Assembly: GCA_038249155.1 (NCBI GenBank)
Contig: JBBRWN010000003.1
Location: 43,724 to 107,723 of the forward strand
Origin: Burkholderiales bacterium
Lineage (GTDB): Bacteria; Pseudomonadota; Gammaproteobacteria; Burkholderiales; Burkholderiaceae_C
DNA length: 64,000 nt
Direction: 5' to 3'
Each line of letters opens with the position of its first letter. Within the stretch, counting starts at the first letter, position 1. The notes beneath the pieces are model-generated. The model had not been told where the DNA came from and ran no database searches. It was given only the letters and a program-made list of their open reading frames with translations. Positions 28,072 through 36,064 of the stretch are shown here, one piece after another. A program made the translations under genes and the position numbers.

Positions 28072-28181
28072 GTATGCCCCGGAATCACTGACGATGTTCT
28101 TACGCATCGGCCCCATCGCTGGGGCTGAGTGGAATGTATCACAGCTCCAGCTCGGCCCGGCCAGTTGGATGAATGCGCTCA

Positions 28182-28508
28182 TCAGGCGGCACCTCCACGG
28201 CTTGCCAGCCAGGCGCGAACCATGCGGCGGTCGGCACTGGTCAGGCTGTACACGCCAGGGCGGCAGGGGTAGCCGTCGCGGTCAATGAACTTGATGCGCT
28301 CACAGGGCAGCTCCAGACCCTTGCGGCGCAGCTCTGCCACCAGTTCGGGGCTGTTGGTGCAACCGGCCACGCTGTCGAGCTGGTGACGTGGCACGGGGCG
28401 GCGCAGCAGCACGGTAATGGCGCGAAGCTGGCGCGGGTTGTCGGTTCCGGTAAACTTACGCTTGTTCGGGGCGCTCGATTCTGCTTTTGTGGGGTCGGGC
28501 GTTTTCAC
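28182..28508 (-). CDS. hypothetical, probably DNA-binding (HTH-like) protein (108 aa)
   Basis: GTG 28508 overlaps the upstream stop (GTGA). VKTPDPTKAESSAPNKRKFTGTDNPRQLRAITVLLRRPVPRHQLDSVAGCTNSPELVAELRRKGLELPCERIKFIDRDGYPCRPGVYSLT. Confidence 0.55.
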   Translation of the reverse strand: MKTPDPTKAESSAPNKRKFTGTDNPRQLRAITVLLRRPVPRHQLDSVAGCTNSPELVAELRRKGLELPCERIKFIDRDGYPCRPGVYSLTSADRRMVRAWLASRGGAA

Positions 28509-28609
28509 TTGGCGGCCCCGAAAAGCTGCACCAGCACCAGCGCACCCAGCGGCCCAAGGCTGGCGTAAGGCAGAACGCGCCAGGCTAGCGCATAAAGCCG
28601 GGCGTTCAT
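28505..28609 (-). CDS. possible 34-aa hydrophobic peptide
   Basis: MNARLYALAWRVLPYASLGPLGALVLVQLFGAAK. ATGA-coupled to the AlpA-like gene and GTGA-coupled to the next gene. Supported only by junction logic. Confidence 0.3.
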   Translation of the reverse strand: MNARLYALAWRVLPYASLGPLGALVLVQLFGAAK

Positions 28610-28827
28610 GCTGCCACCCCCAGCACGCGCTTGATTTCAGCGGTAGGCCAATGAAGTTTTGAGCTGCCAGGGATGCGCAGGGGTCGGATAGGCCCAGATT
28701 CTTTGCAGGCGTACAAGCGGGCTGTTTGCTGCGAAATGTGCATGTAGTGCGCATAGGCGGCGGTGTCCACCGTAGGACGGTGTTCTTGCTCCAACGGGAT
28801 AAATCGCTGTTCTGGTTTTACTTTCAT
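28606..28827 (-). CDS. AlpA/excisionase-family small HTH DNA-binding protein
   Basis: 73 aa. TVDTAAYAHYMHISQQTARLYACKESGPIRPLRIPGSSKLHWPTAEIKRVLG resembles AlpA/Xis-type MerR-like HTH. AAAGGTGA Shine-Dalgarno upstream. Confidence 0.65.
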   Translation of the reverse strand: MKVKPEQRFIPLEQEHRPTVDTAAYAHYMHISQQTARLYACKESGPIRPLRIPGSSKLHWPTAEIKRVLGVAA

Positions 28828-28904
28828 GGTTCACCTTTAAACACGTTTATTCGTGTCATGGGGTGAACTTTGTTTGCTCCGACTTTTCCCGACAAAAGCC
28901 CGAC

Positions 28905-28923
28905 AAAACCCCGATATTCGGGG
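28905..28923 (-). terminator. short rho-independent terminator after the orphan 232-aa gene
   Basis: Minus strand: CCCCGA-ata-TCGGGG followed by TTTT. Confidence 0.45.
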
Positions 28924-28932
28924 CGCTTTCTC

Positions 28933-29631
28933 TTACTCGTCGCCTATGGTGTGTCGGGTCACTGTTCCAGTCCAGACAGCGGCCAAATTGTGAAGGGGTG
29001 CGGCTTGCTTTATCTTGCCCTTGCTTACTGCCCATGCACGGGCCTTATCCATGTCCCATATTGAATGTTTTGCGTGTGCAGCATTCTTCAGCCCGTTTCG
29101 TGTCGCTTCGCTTATATCTTTGCAGATGGTCGGCCATTCATACTCCAGCGTATTAATTAAAGTCTGCTTTTTCATTGTTGCCACCACGGGCGCGACCTGG
29201 GGTTCTGGTGCGGCACTTCGCTGTACTGGTTTTGAGTTTTCAGCCCCAGTCCTGGCTTGCTTTGGTGTGCCACCTACTGCCACACTCAAGCTAAAAAGCT
29301 CGGCGTACTTTACAAATTCATCATGCGCGATGGTGTAGTAATCGTCTTCTGTCGCGTTTTTGTAATTGGTGAACGCAGGGCGGTATTTCATGCGCGGCTG
29401 AATGCTCAATTGCTCGCACATAGGCAAAAAATCGCAGTCCATGAAACTTGCATAAATCTGAACGCCGTGAACCTCTCTCAGTTCAATTGGACCTTCAAAA
29501 TCTACCTCGCCATTTTCATTAATCCGCGCATAGACTTCCCCGCTCGTTTCGTGCGGTAAGGCATCAAGAATCAGGCGCTTGGCATCAGCCACGCTCAGGC
29601 GGTCGGCATTGTCTCGATTGATTGTGTTCAC
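28933..29631 (-). CDS. orphan hypothetical protein (about 232 aa), lower-GC cargo gene
   Basis: Track ORF 28933..29637. I prefer GTG 29631, 6 nt after GAAGGA. Two-domain layout with a Pro/Ala-rich linker. I recognise no family motif. Confidence 0.6.
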   Translation of the reverse strand: MNTINRDNADRLSVADAKRLILDALPHETSGEVYARINENGEVDFEGPIELREVHGVQIYASFMDCDFLPMCEQLSIQPRMKYRPAFTNYKNATEDDYYTIAHDEFVKYAELFSLSVAVGGTPKQARTGAENSKPVQRSAAPEPQVAPVVATMKKQTLINTLEYEWPTICKDISEATRNGLKNAAHAKHSIWDMDKARAWAVSKGKIKQAAPLHNLAAVWTGTVTRHTIGDE

Positions 29632-29747
29632 TGGCACTCCTTCAAGTGCCCTTCAAATAAAGAAACCCCAGCAGGCCGGTGAAGGTTCCTGCTTTTCAAC
29701 CCGGTTTCGAGGCGGGTCTAGCTGGGGTAAAAACGGTTCAGGCGTGC

Positions 29748-30047
29748 TCAGGCGTGCTCAGGCGTCACGCTCAAGCGCAGGCCCACGGCGTGTAATACCT
29801 TGTGCAGCGTGGCAATGGTCGGGTTCCCGTTTTCGCTCAGGGCGCGGAATAGTGTCTTTTCGCCCACGTCAGCCCGGCGCGCCACCTCTGCCATGCCGTG
29901 CGCTTTGGCAACTTGTCTAAGCGCCAGCAGCAGCGCGGCGGGGTCTTCCAGCTCCAGGGCGGCATCCATGTAGGCGGCGGCCTCTTGCGGGTCTTTCAGC
30001 GATTCCAGCAAATAGTTTTGATAGCTCACGTTGCGCGGTGCATTCAT
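29748..30047 (-). CDS. addiction-module antidote protein (HigA-family/TIGR02684-like HTH antitoxin)
   Basis: ATG 30047. MNAPRNVSYQNYLLESLKDPQEAAAYMDAALELEDPAALLLALRQVAKAHGMAEVARRADVGEKTLFRALSENGNPTIATLHKVLHAVGLRLSV. Confidence 0.8.
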   Translation of the reverse strand: MNAPRNVSYQNYLLESLKDPQEAAAYMDAALELEDPAALLLALRQVAKAHGMAEVARRADVGEKTLFRALSENGNPTIATLHKVLHAVGLRLSVTPEHA

Positions 30048-30049
30048 GG

Positions 30050-30367
30050 TCAGCCCCTTTCTTTCCAGTCGTTCAGGTAGTCGATAGCCTGCCTTATGGC
30101 GCGGTCTTGGTCGGCCTTGTCGCTGCCACACAGCAGCAGCACCAGCACCGGCCCTTGTCGGCTCAGATACACGCGGTAGCCCGGCCCCTTGTCGATACGA
30201 AGCTCCTGCACGCCGTCGCGCAAGGGCTTGCAGTCCCCAAAGTTTCCCAGCTCCAGGCGCAGCAGCCGGGCCTTGATGGCGGCGCGGCCTTGCCGGTCTG
30301 CCAATGCCTCAAGCCATTGCGTCAAAGGCACGCGGCCCGCGCTGTCGCTGTATATCTGAATGTTCAT
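30050..30367 (-). CDS. addiction-module killer protein (RelE/ParE superfamily, HigB-like, TIGR02683-like)
   Basis: 105 aa. GRVPLTQWLEAL...ARLLRLELGNFGDCKPLRDGVQELRIDKGPGYRVYLSRQGPVLVLLLCGSDKADQDRAIRQA. Toxin precedes antitoxin, as in higBA. Confidence 0.8.
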   Translation of the reverse strand: MNIQIYSDSAGRVPLTQWLEALADRQGRAAIKARLLRLELGNFGDCKPLRDGVQELRIDKGPGYRVYLSRQGPVLVLLLCGSDKADQDRAIRQAIDYLNDWKERG

Positions 30368-30389
30368 AATGGTATCTTAAGCGGTACTG

Positions 30390-31718
30390 TTACGCCACCA
30401 CGCGAAGCGCACCAGGCGCGGCGCTGGCGTCGAACTTCACCCCGGCCTGTTCCAAAATCCACGCTTCAATCTTTTCGTGGTGAACCCGCAGCAGCTCCAG
30501 CGGGCGAACGGTGTAGTGTTTTTCGGCCGTGGCGCTGGGTTTGTGGCCTTGAATCTGCGCCACCACGCCCACGGGCACTTCCAGTCACTCGGTCAGGCTC
30601 TTGAAGGAGCGGCGCAAGCCGTGCAGGGTCAGCCCCTCCAGGCCAGCGGCTTTGCAGGCGCGGGTATGCGGGTTGTTCGGCTCAGTCAGGCAGCCGCTGG
30701 CGCTGGTGTTGCTGGGGAAAACCCATTCATTGCGCCGTGGCAGGGCGGCCAGCAGGTGCAGCATGTAGGGTGTGGCCGGTATCTCCCGCGTGCCTTCCAC
30801 CTTGTCGCGGATGCTGATTCCCTTCCACTGGGTGTTCACGTCCTCCCAGCGCAGCGCCAGCACTTCGCCAGGGCGGGCGCCCGTCAGCAGCATCATTTGC
30901 AGGCAGGCGGCGATAACCGGGTTCTGGAGCTGCTGCACGGCGGCAAACCATGCGGCCAGTTGCCCACGCTGGAGAACATCCGATTTTGTCCCCGCCTTGC
31001 CCAATGCTTCGCGGGCTTTTTTGGTCTTGGCCGGGTTCTTGACGGGCAGCAGGGCCGCGTAATCGGGATGTTCACCGCACCACGTCAGAAACACCGTCAG
31101 CAGTCGCCAGGCCAGCCGGGCCGATGATGGCCGGGTCTGGCCTTCAGTGGCGGCCCATCGTTCAATCGTGGGCTGGTCAAGGTCTTTCAGCGCCAGCGGC
31201 ATCAAGGCGGCCAGCGGCCCCGGTTTGGTCAGTTGCTTGCCACCGCCACGACGGCCAGACGGCAAGCCCCCGTCCTTGGACTTGTCGATATGGTCGCGGT
31301 AGTGCAGTTCGCCCCAAAACGGGCGGCGCTGCTCGATGTAGGCGGCCCACACTTCGCCCACGCTCAGGGCGGCCAGCTTGTCGGCTTGCGCTTGGACAGT
31401 GGCGGCGGCTTGCTTTGCTGCCACGGCGGCCAGGGCGTCGCGCTTCAAGTCTCTGGGGTCTTTGCCCTCGTCTATCAGGCGTTGCAGCTCACGGGCCTTC
31501 TCTTGGGCTTGGGGGATGCTCCAGGCGTCAGGGTTGCCGATGGTCAGGCGAATGCTCTTTTGCTGGAACTCGCCCTGAAAGACATAGGCCGGTTTCCCGG
31601 CAGGTGTTGCCCTGACCCCCAGCCCCGGCGCGGTCACGTCCCACAAAAAAGCCTGAGCCTTGCCAGCCGGGCACTTGAACCCAGCCACGCGGCCAGCGGT
31701 GAATGCGATTTTTGCCAT
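30390..31718 (-). pseudogene. int: tyrosine integrase (P4-like, DUF4102 arm-binding N-terminus) interrupted by an in-frame TGA
   Basis: ORFs 30585..31718 and 30390..30578 are in the same frame, separated by TGA at 30585-30587. Sequence reads ...LHGLRRSFKSLTE-stop-LEVPVGVVAQIQGHKPSATAEKHYTVRP, so the second His and the catalytic Tyr lie after the stop. Confidence 0.85.
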
Positions 31719-31749
31719 GTTGAACCTCTGCTGTCTTACATCGGCCAGG

Positions 31750-31776
31750 ATGTAAGGGCGGATGTAAGACGATTTT
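31750..31776 (+). repeat. 27-bp arm repeat, right copy (32 bp upstream of the int start codon)
   Basis: ATGTAAGGGCGGATGTAAGACGATTTT, identical to 23094-23120. Confidence 0.85.
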
Positions 31777-31885
31777 TGAAATATTGACCAATTTCAATCA
31801 ACACCTGACCGGTTGAAAATCGGCTAAGTTGTTGATTTTCATAGAGTCTATCAACATGGCTCAACAATGGCAAACACTATAAAGT

Positions 31886-31935
31886 CAGGATTGTGATTCC
31901 TGTTGTCGTGGGTTCGAGCCCCATCAGCCACCCCA
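31886..31935 (+). repeat. att core, right copy (orphan 3' part of tRNA-His)
   Basis: Identical to 22987-23036. Upstream sequence does not continue the tRNA, so this is not a gene. Confidence 0.9.
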
Positions 31936-31947
31936 GTATTTAAAAAA

Positions 31948-31981
31948 TCCCTGCTATTTAAAAATAGCAGGGATTTTTTTT
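31948..31981. terminator. bidirectional rho-independent terminator (native tRNA-His terminator, also downstream of adk)
   Basis: AAAAAA-TCCCTGCTATTT-aaaa-ATAGCAGGGA-TTTTTTTT. Confidence 0.7.
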
Positions 31982-32073
31982 GGCTTATGCAGCCATTGTG
32001 AAAATCAGGCAAAGAGCTGGCGAACGGGTCAGCAGCAACCCGTGGCGCCAGCTCAAGAGCCAACTGAATCGAG

Positions 32074-32748
<675 letters not shown>

Positions 32749-32920
32749 TTATAAATTAGGGGGAGTCTAGCCGGAAGGCATGGAAGCCCAATCCCTCAAT
32801 GGGTTGCTTGACAGGGTAAGGAGGATCGCCAGCGCGAACCTCCTTACCGATTATTACAGGGATATGGGGCGCAGCCTTGATGGCAGCTTACACGCAAGCC
32901 GCTGTGCCTGCCTTCTTTGT

Positions 32921-33685
32921 CTAGGCCAGCAGGCGGCGAACCCGCTCCAGGTCCTCCGGCGTGTCCACGCCGGGGCCGGGCGCATTTGCGGCAAGGTGGA
33001 CGGCTATTCGGTGGCCGTGCCACAGCGCGCGCAGTTGTTCCAGCGATTCAAGCTGCTCCTGCGGCGCCGCTGGCAGTTGTGGGAACTGCCGCAAAAATCC
33101 GACGCGGTAAGCATAAATGCCGACATGGCGCAGTGGTGGAGGCAGCGCGCTGCCCGCTTCCCACCAGGCTTGTCCGGCAAAATCTCGCGCCGCCGGAATC
33201 GGGGCACGGCTGAAATACAGCGCCGTCTGGCGCGCATCAAGCACCACTTTGACGACATTGGGATTCAGAAAATCAGCCAGCTGGTCGATGGCGTGGGCGG
33301 CGGTGCTCATGGCGCAGTCCGGGCGCGCCATTAGCTGGCAGGCCACGGCGTCGATCAGCGCCGGGTCAATCAAGGGTTCGTCGCCTTGCACATTGACGAC
33401 GATGTCGTCGTCGGCCAGATCGAGCAGGCTGCAGGCTTCGGCGAGCCGGTCGCTGCCGCTGGGATGGTCGGCGCGGGTCAGCACGGCCGCGATGCCAAAG
33501 TCGGCGCACCGGGCGATGATTTCAAGGCTGTCGGCGGCCACGACGGTTTGAGTGGCGCTGCTTTGCAGGGCGCGCTGCGCCACCCGCACCACCATGGGCA
33601 CGCCGCCGATGTCGGCCAGGGGCTTGTTGGGCAGCCGCGTCGAAGCCAGACGGGCCGGAATCAGCACGGTAAAACGCATGCTCAC
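32921..33685 (-). CDS. kdsB: 3-deoxy-manno-octulosonate cytidylyltransferase
   Basis: 254 aa. [27 protein letters not shown] and [11 protein letters not shown] motifs. Confidence 0.92.
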   Translation of the reverse strand: MSMRFTVLIPARLASTRLPNKPLADIGGVPMVVRVAQRALQSSATQTVVAADSLEIIARCADFGIAAVLTRADHPSGSDRLAEACSLLDLADDDIVVNVQGDEPLIDPALIDAVACQLMARPDCAMSTAAHAIDQLADFLNPNVVKVVLDARQTALYFSRAPIPAARDFAGQAWWEAGSALPPPLRHVGIYAYRVGFLRQFPQLPAAPQEQLESLEQLRALWHGHRIAVHLAANAPGPGVDTPEDLERVRRLLA

Positions 33686-33864
33686 AAGCCCAGCTCTTCG
33701 TCGCTCAGCGGGCGGGCTTCGTTTTCCAGCAGCACGGGGATGCCGTCATGCACTGGATAGGCGAGCCGGGCGCTGCGCGAGATGAGTTCGTGTTTTTCAC
33801 GGTCATAGTCAAGAGCGCCCTTGGTGACGGGGCAGACCAGCAGTTCGAGTAGTTTGGTGTCCAT
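33682..33864 (-). CDS. Trm112/YcaR (UPF0434) family protein
   Basis: ATG 33864. [53 protein letters not shown]. Confidence 0.88.
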   Translation of the reverse strand: MDTKLLELLVCPVTKGALDYDREKHELISRSARLAYPVHDGIPVLLENEARPLSDEELGL

Positions 33865-33866
33865 AG

Positions 33867-34877
33867 CTAGGATGGTAATGGAGAAATCAAGGGCGCCAGC
33901 AGCGCGTCCAGCGCCGCCAAAAAAGCCGGTTCGGGCGAGAACTCCAGCGGCACGGCCAGCACTTCCAGTCCGGCTAGAGTCGGCAGCGCGAACAGCTTGA
34001 TGGCGTCTTTTTCGGTACACAGCACGGTGCGGCCTGCGCAGGCGCTCAGGTCGTCCGGCTTGAAAGCGTGGTGGTCGGGCAGGGCCAGCGTTTTTTCCAG
34101 TGTTAAGCCACGCGCTCTGAGCATGGAAAAAAAGGCCTCGGGACTGGCAATGCCAGCCAGCGCCACCAGCGGCTGGCCGCGCAGCCCAGCCAGGGCGATG
34201 CGGCGCCCGTCATGCGCGACGGCGTGCTCGGCCAGTTTCCGGCTGGAGGTGAAGCCGTCAAATGCGGGTTGCTGGCCGGTGTGCAGCACCAGATCAATGC
34301 CGTGGCGCTGGCGTGCTGGCCAGGGCTCGCGCAGCGGCCCGGCGGGCAGCAGCCAGCCGTTGCCAACGCCGTGATCGTCAAACACGGCGATTTCAATGTC
34401 GCGCTGCAAGGCGTAGTGCTGCAGGCCGTCGTCGCAGACCACGACATCGGTGGCCGGATAGGCGCCGAGCAGGGCGCGCAGTGCGTCGGCGCGCCGACTG
34501 GCCACAAAAACCGGCGCGCCGGTGCTTCGCTGGATCAGCGCGGGTTCATCGCCCGAGGCTTGAACGGGGGTGTCTGCTTTGACTTCCAGGCTGTCGCGGT
34601 CAGCGCGCCCGTAGCCGCGCGAGACCACGCCGGGCTGCAGCCCCTGCGCCTGAAAATGCCTGACCAGCGCCATCACCAAAGGGGTTTTCCCCGCACCGCC
34701 TGCGACCACATTGCCCACCACGATGACCGGGGGGGCGAAGCGCTCAGAGGCAAAAAAACCGTTTTGGTACAAGGCGCGGCGCAGCTGCACCAGCAAGCCG
34801 TGAATGAGCGCCACAGGCCAGAGCAGGCAGGCTAGAACCCCCCGCGTCCGCCAGGCTTTCAGCAGCAGTTGTTTCAC
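33867..34877 (-). CDS. lpxK: tetraacyldisaccharide 4'-kinase
   Basis: 336 aa. [19 protein letters not shown]-loop. Conserved lpxK-ycaR-kdsB order. Confidence 0.9.
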   Translation of the reverse strand: MKQLLLKAWRTRGVLACLLWPVALIHGLLVQLRRALYQNGFFASERFAPPVIVVGNVVAGGAGKTPLVMALVRHFQAQGLQPGVVSRGYGRADRDSLEVKADTPVQASGDEPALIQRSTGAPVFVASRRADALRALLGAYPATDVVVCDDGLQHYALQRDIEIAVFDDHGVGNGWLLPAGPLREPWPARQRHGIDLVLHTGQQPAFDGFTSSRKLAEHAVAHDGRRIALAGLRGQPLVALAGIASPEAFFSMLRARGLTLEKTLALPDHHAFKPDDLSACAGRTVLCTEKDAIKLFALPTLAGLEVLAVPLEFSPEPAFLAALDALLAPLISPLPS

Positions 34878-34924
34878 GGGAGCCTGGGATTGCAGCGTGG
34901 AAGGGCCGGGGCCGGTTTGCGGCT

Positions 34925-35350
34925 TTAGTTGCCCGCCTGTGCGGCGCTTTGGGTGGCAAAGGTGATTTGGGTCAGGCCCTGACTGCGGGCTGCTTCCATC
35001 ACCGTGATGACGGCCTGGTGCGTGGCGCTGGCGTCGGCGCTGATGATGATGACGCTGTCTTTGCCAGCCTTGGCAGCGGTCGCCAGTGCGGCGCCCAGGG
35101 CTTCCATACTGCGGCCTTCAACCAGGGTCTTGTTGATCATGTAGCGGCCATCGCTGCTGACGGAGACGATCACTTCTTTCGGGTAGTCGCGCTGCTGCGC
35201 GGCGTCGGCCGTGGGCAGCGTGACCTGCAGTTCGGTGAATTTGCTGTAAGTCGTCGAGAGCATCAGAAAAATGATGATCACGAGCAGTACGTCGATGAAC
35301 GGGATCAGGTTGATGTCCGGCTCATCATGCGGATGGGGGCGAAAGTTCAT
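34925..35350 (-). CDS. exbD: biopolymer transport protein ExbD/TolR family
   Basis: 141 aa. [20 protein letters not shown] with the conserved Asp. Confidence 0.88.
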   Translation of the reverse strand: MNFRPHPHDEPDINLIPFIDVLLVIIIFLMLSTTYSKFTELQVTLPTADAAQQRDYPKEVIVSVSSDGRYMINKTLVEGRSMEALGAALATAAKAGKDSVIIISADASATHQAVITVMEAARSQGLTQITFATQSAAQAGN

Positions 35351-35352
35351 GC

Positions 35353-35982
35353 TTATTTCCGCAGCGTGTTGAGGTGACGCACGAAGCGTTCGGAGGCCAG
35401 CTCCATCGTCAACAGGTAGCCATCGACGCGGGCGCGGAAGTAGCGCCAGAAAATCAAGGAGGGAATGGCCACCATCAGGCCGAAAGCGGTGTTGTACAAG
35501 GCCATGGAAATGCCGTGCGCCAGTTGCGCCGGGTTGCCGCCCATCGAATTGCTGGCGCCGCCCTGGGCGCCGAAAATGTCGATCATGCCGATGACGGTGC
35601 CCAGCAGCCCCAGCAGCGGCGCGGCCGAGGCGATGGTGGCCAGCGCGGCCAGGTAGCGCTCCAGCTTGTGCGCGGCCTGGCGCCCGGCGCCTTCGAGCGT
35701 GGAGCGCAGGTCGTCTTCGCTGATGCGGGGGTTAACGCTCAGAGCCTGCAGGCCGCTGGCGAGCACTTCGCCGAGCAGCGAATTTTGCTCAAGCTGGGAC
35801 ACGATGTCGGGTTTGGGCACACCATCGCGTGAGACGATGAGGACCTCGTCAAGCAGTCTCGGGGGCGCAACTTTGGGGATTTTGAGGCTTGAAAAACGCT
35901 CAATGATCAGCGCCAGGGCGGCTATGGAGCAGGCAACCAAGGGCCAGATGGGCCAGCCTGCGGCTTGTATGATCGAAAACAA
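35353..35982 (-). CDS. exbB: MotA/TolQ/ExbB proton-channel family protein
   Basis: 209 aa. LATIASAAPLLGLLGTVIGMI and ALYNTAFGLMVAIP motifs. Confidence 0.88.
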   Translation of the reverse strand: MFSIIQAAGWPIWPLVACSIAALALIIERFSSLKIPKVAPPRLLDEVLIVSRDGVPKPDIVSQLEQNSLLGEVLASGLQALSVNPRISEDDLRSTLEGAGRQAAHKLERYLAALATIASAAPLLGLLGTVIGMIDIFGAQGGASNSMGGNPAQLAHGISMALYNTAFGLMVAIPSLIFWRYFRARVDGYLLTMELASERFVRHLNTLRK

Positions 35983-36064
35983 TGCACATCTCCAGACAGA
36001 TAATTTGTGCTGGATTATGGCTCAGCCCAAGGGGTTGCTGATCTGCCCGCAGGCTGGGGCTGGA

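Larger units (their letters stand above)
22987..31935. mobile_element. integrative element (about 8.9 kb, satellite/genomic-island-like) inserted in the 3' end of tRNA-His
   Basis: A perfect 50-bp direct repeat (22987-23036 = 31886-31935) corresponds to tRNA-His positions 27-CCA. Between the copies lie an integrase, an AlpA-like gene, a primase-helicase, a TA pair and orphan genes, all on the minus strand. Confidence 0.85.

Noticed and set aside
27664-28182. N-terminal 173 codons of the 638-aa ORF 26266..28182, which start with a TGATG overlap to the previous gene
   Set aside because: The composition is Cys/Arg/His/Pro-rich. It overlaps the 71-aa gene, which carries the conserved GGAA-stop/ATGA junction, and it crosses a terminator and several hairpins. 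A short peptide initiated at 28182 cannot be fully excluded.
28863-29338. + strand ORFs 28863..29156 and 29015..29338
   Set aside because: They are antisense to the orphan 232-aa gene and lack RBS and motifs.
30585-30587. In-frame TGA of the integrase read as selenocysteine or programmed recoding
   Set aside because: I see no SECIS-like hairpin immediately downstream, and Trp is the expected residue. A nonsense mutation is the simpler reading, and read-through is mentioned only as a possibility.
31886-31935. A second tRNA-His gene
   Set aside because: Only the 3' 50 nt are present. The preceding bases do not form acceptor or D arms. It is the att repeat, not a gene.
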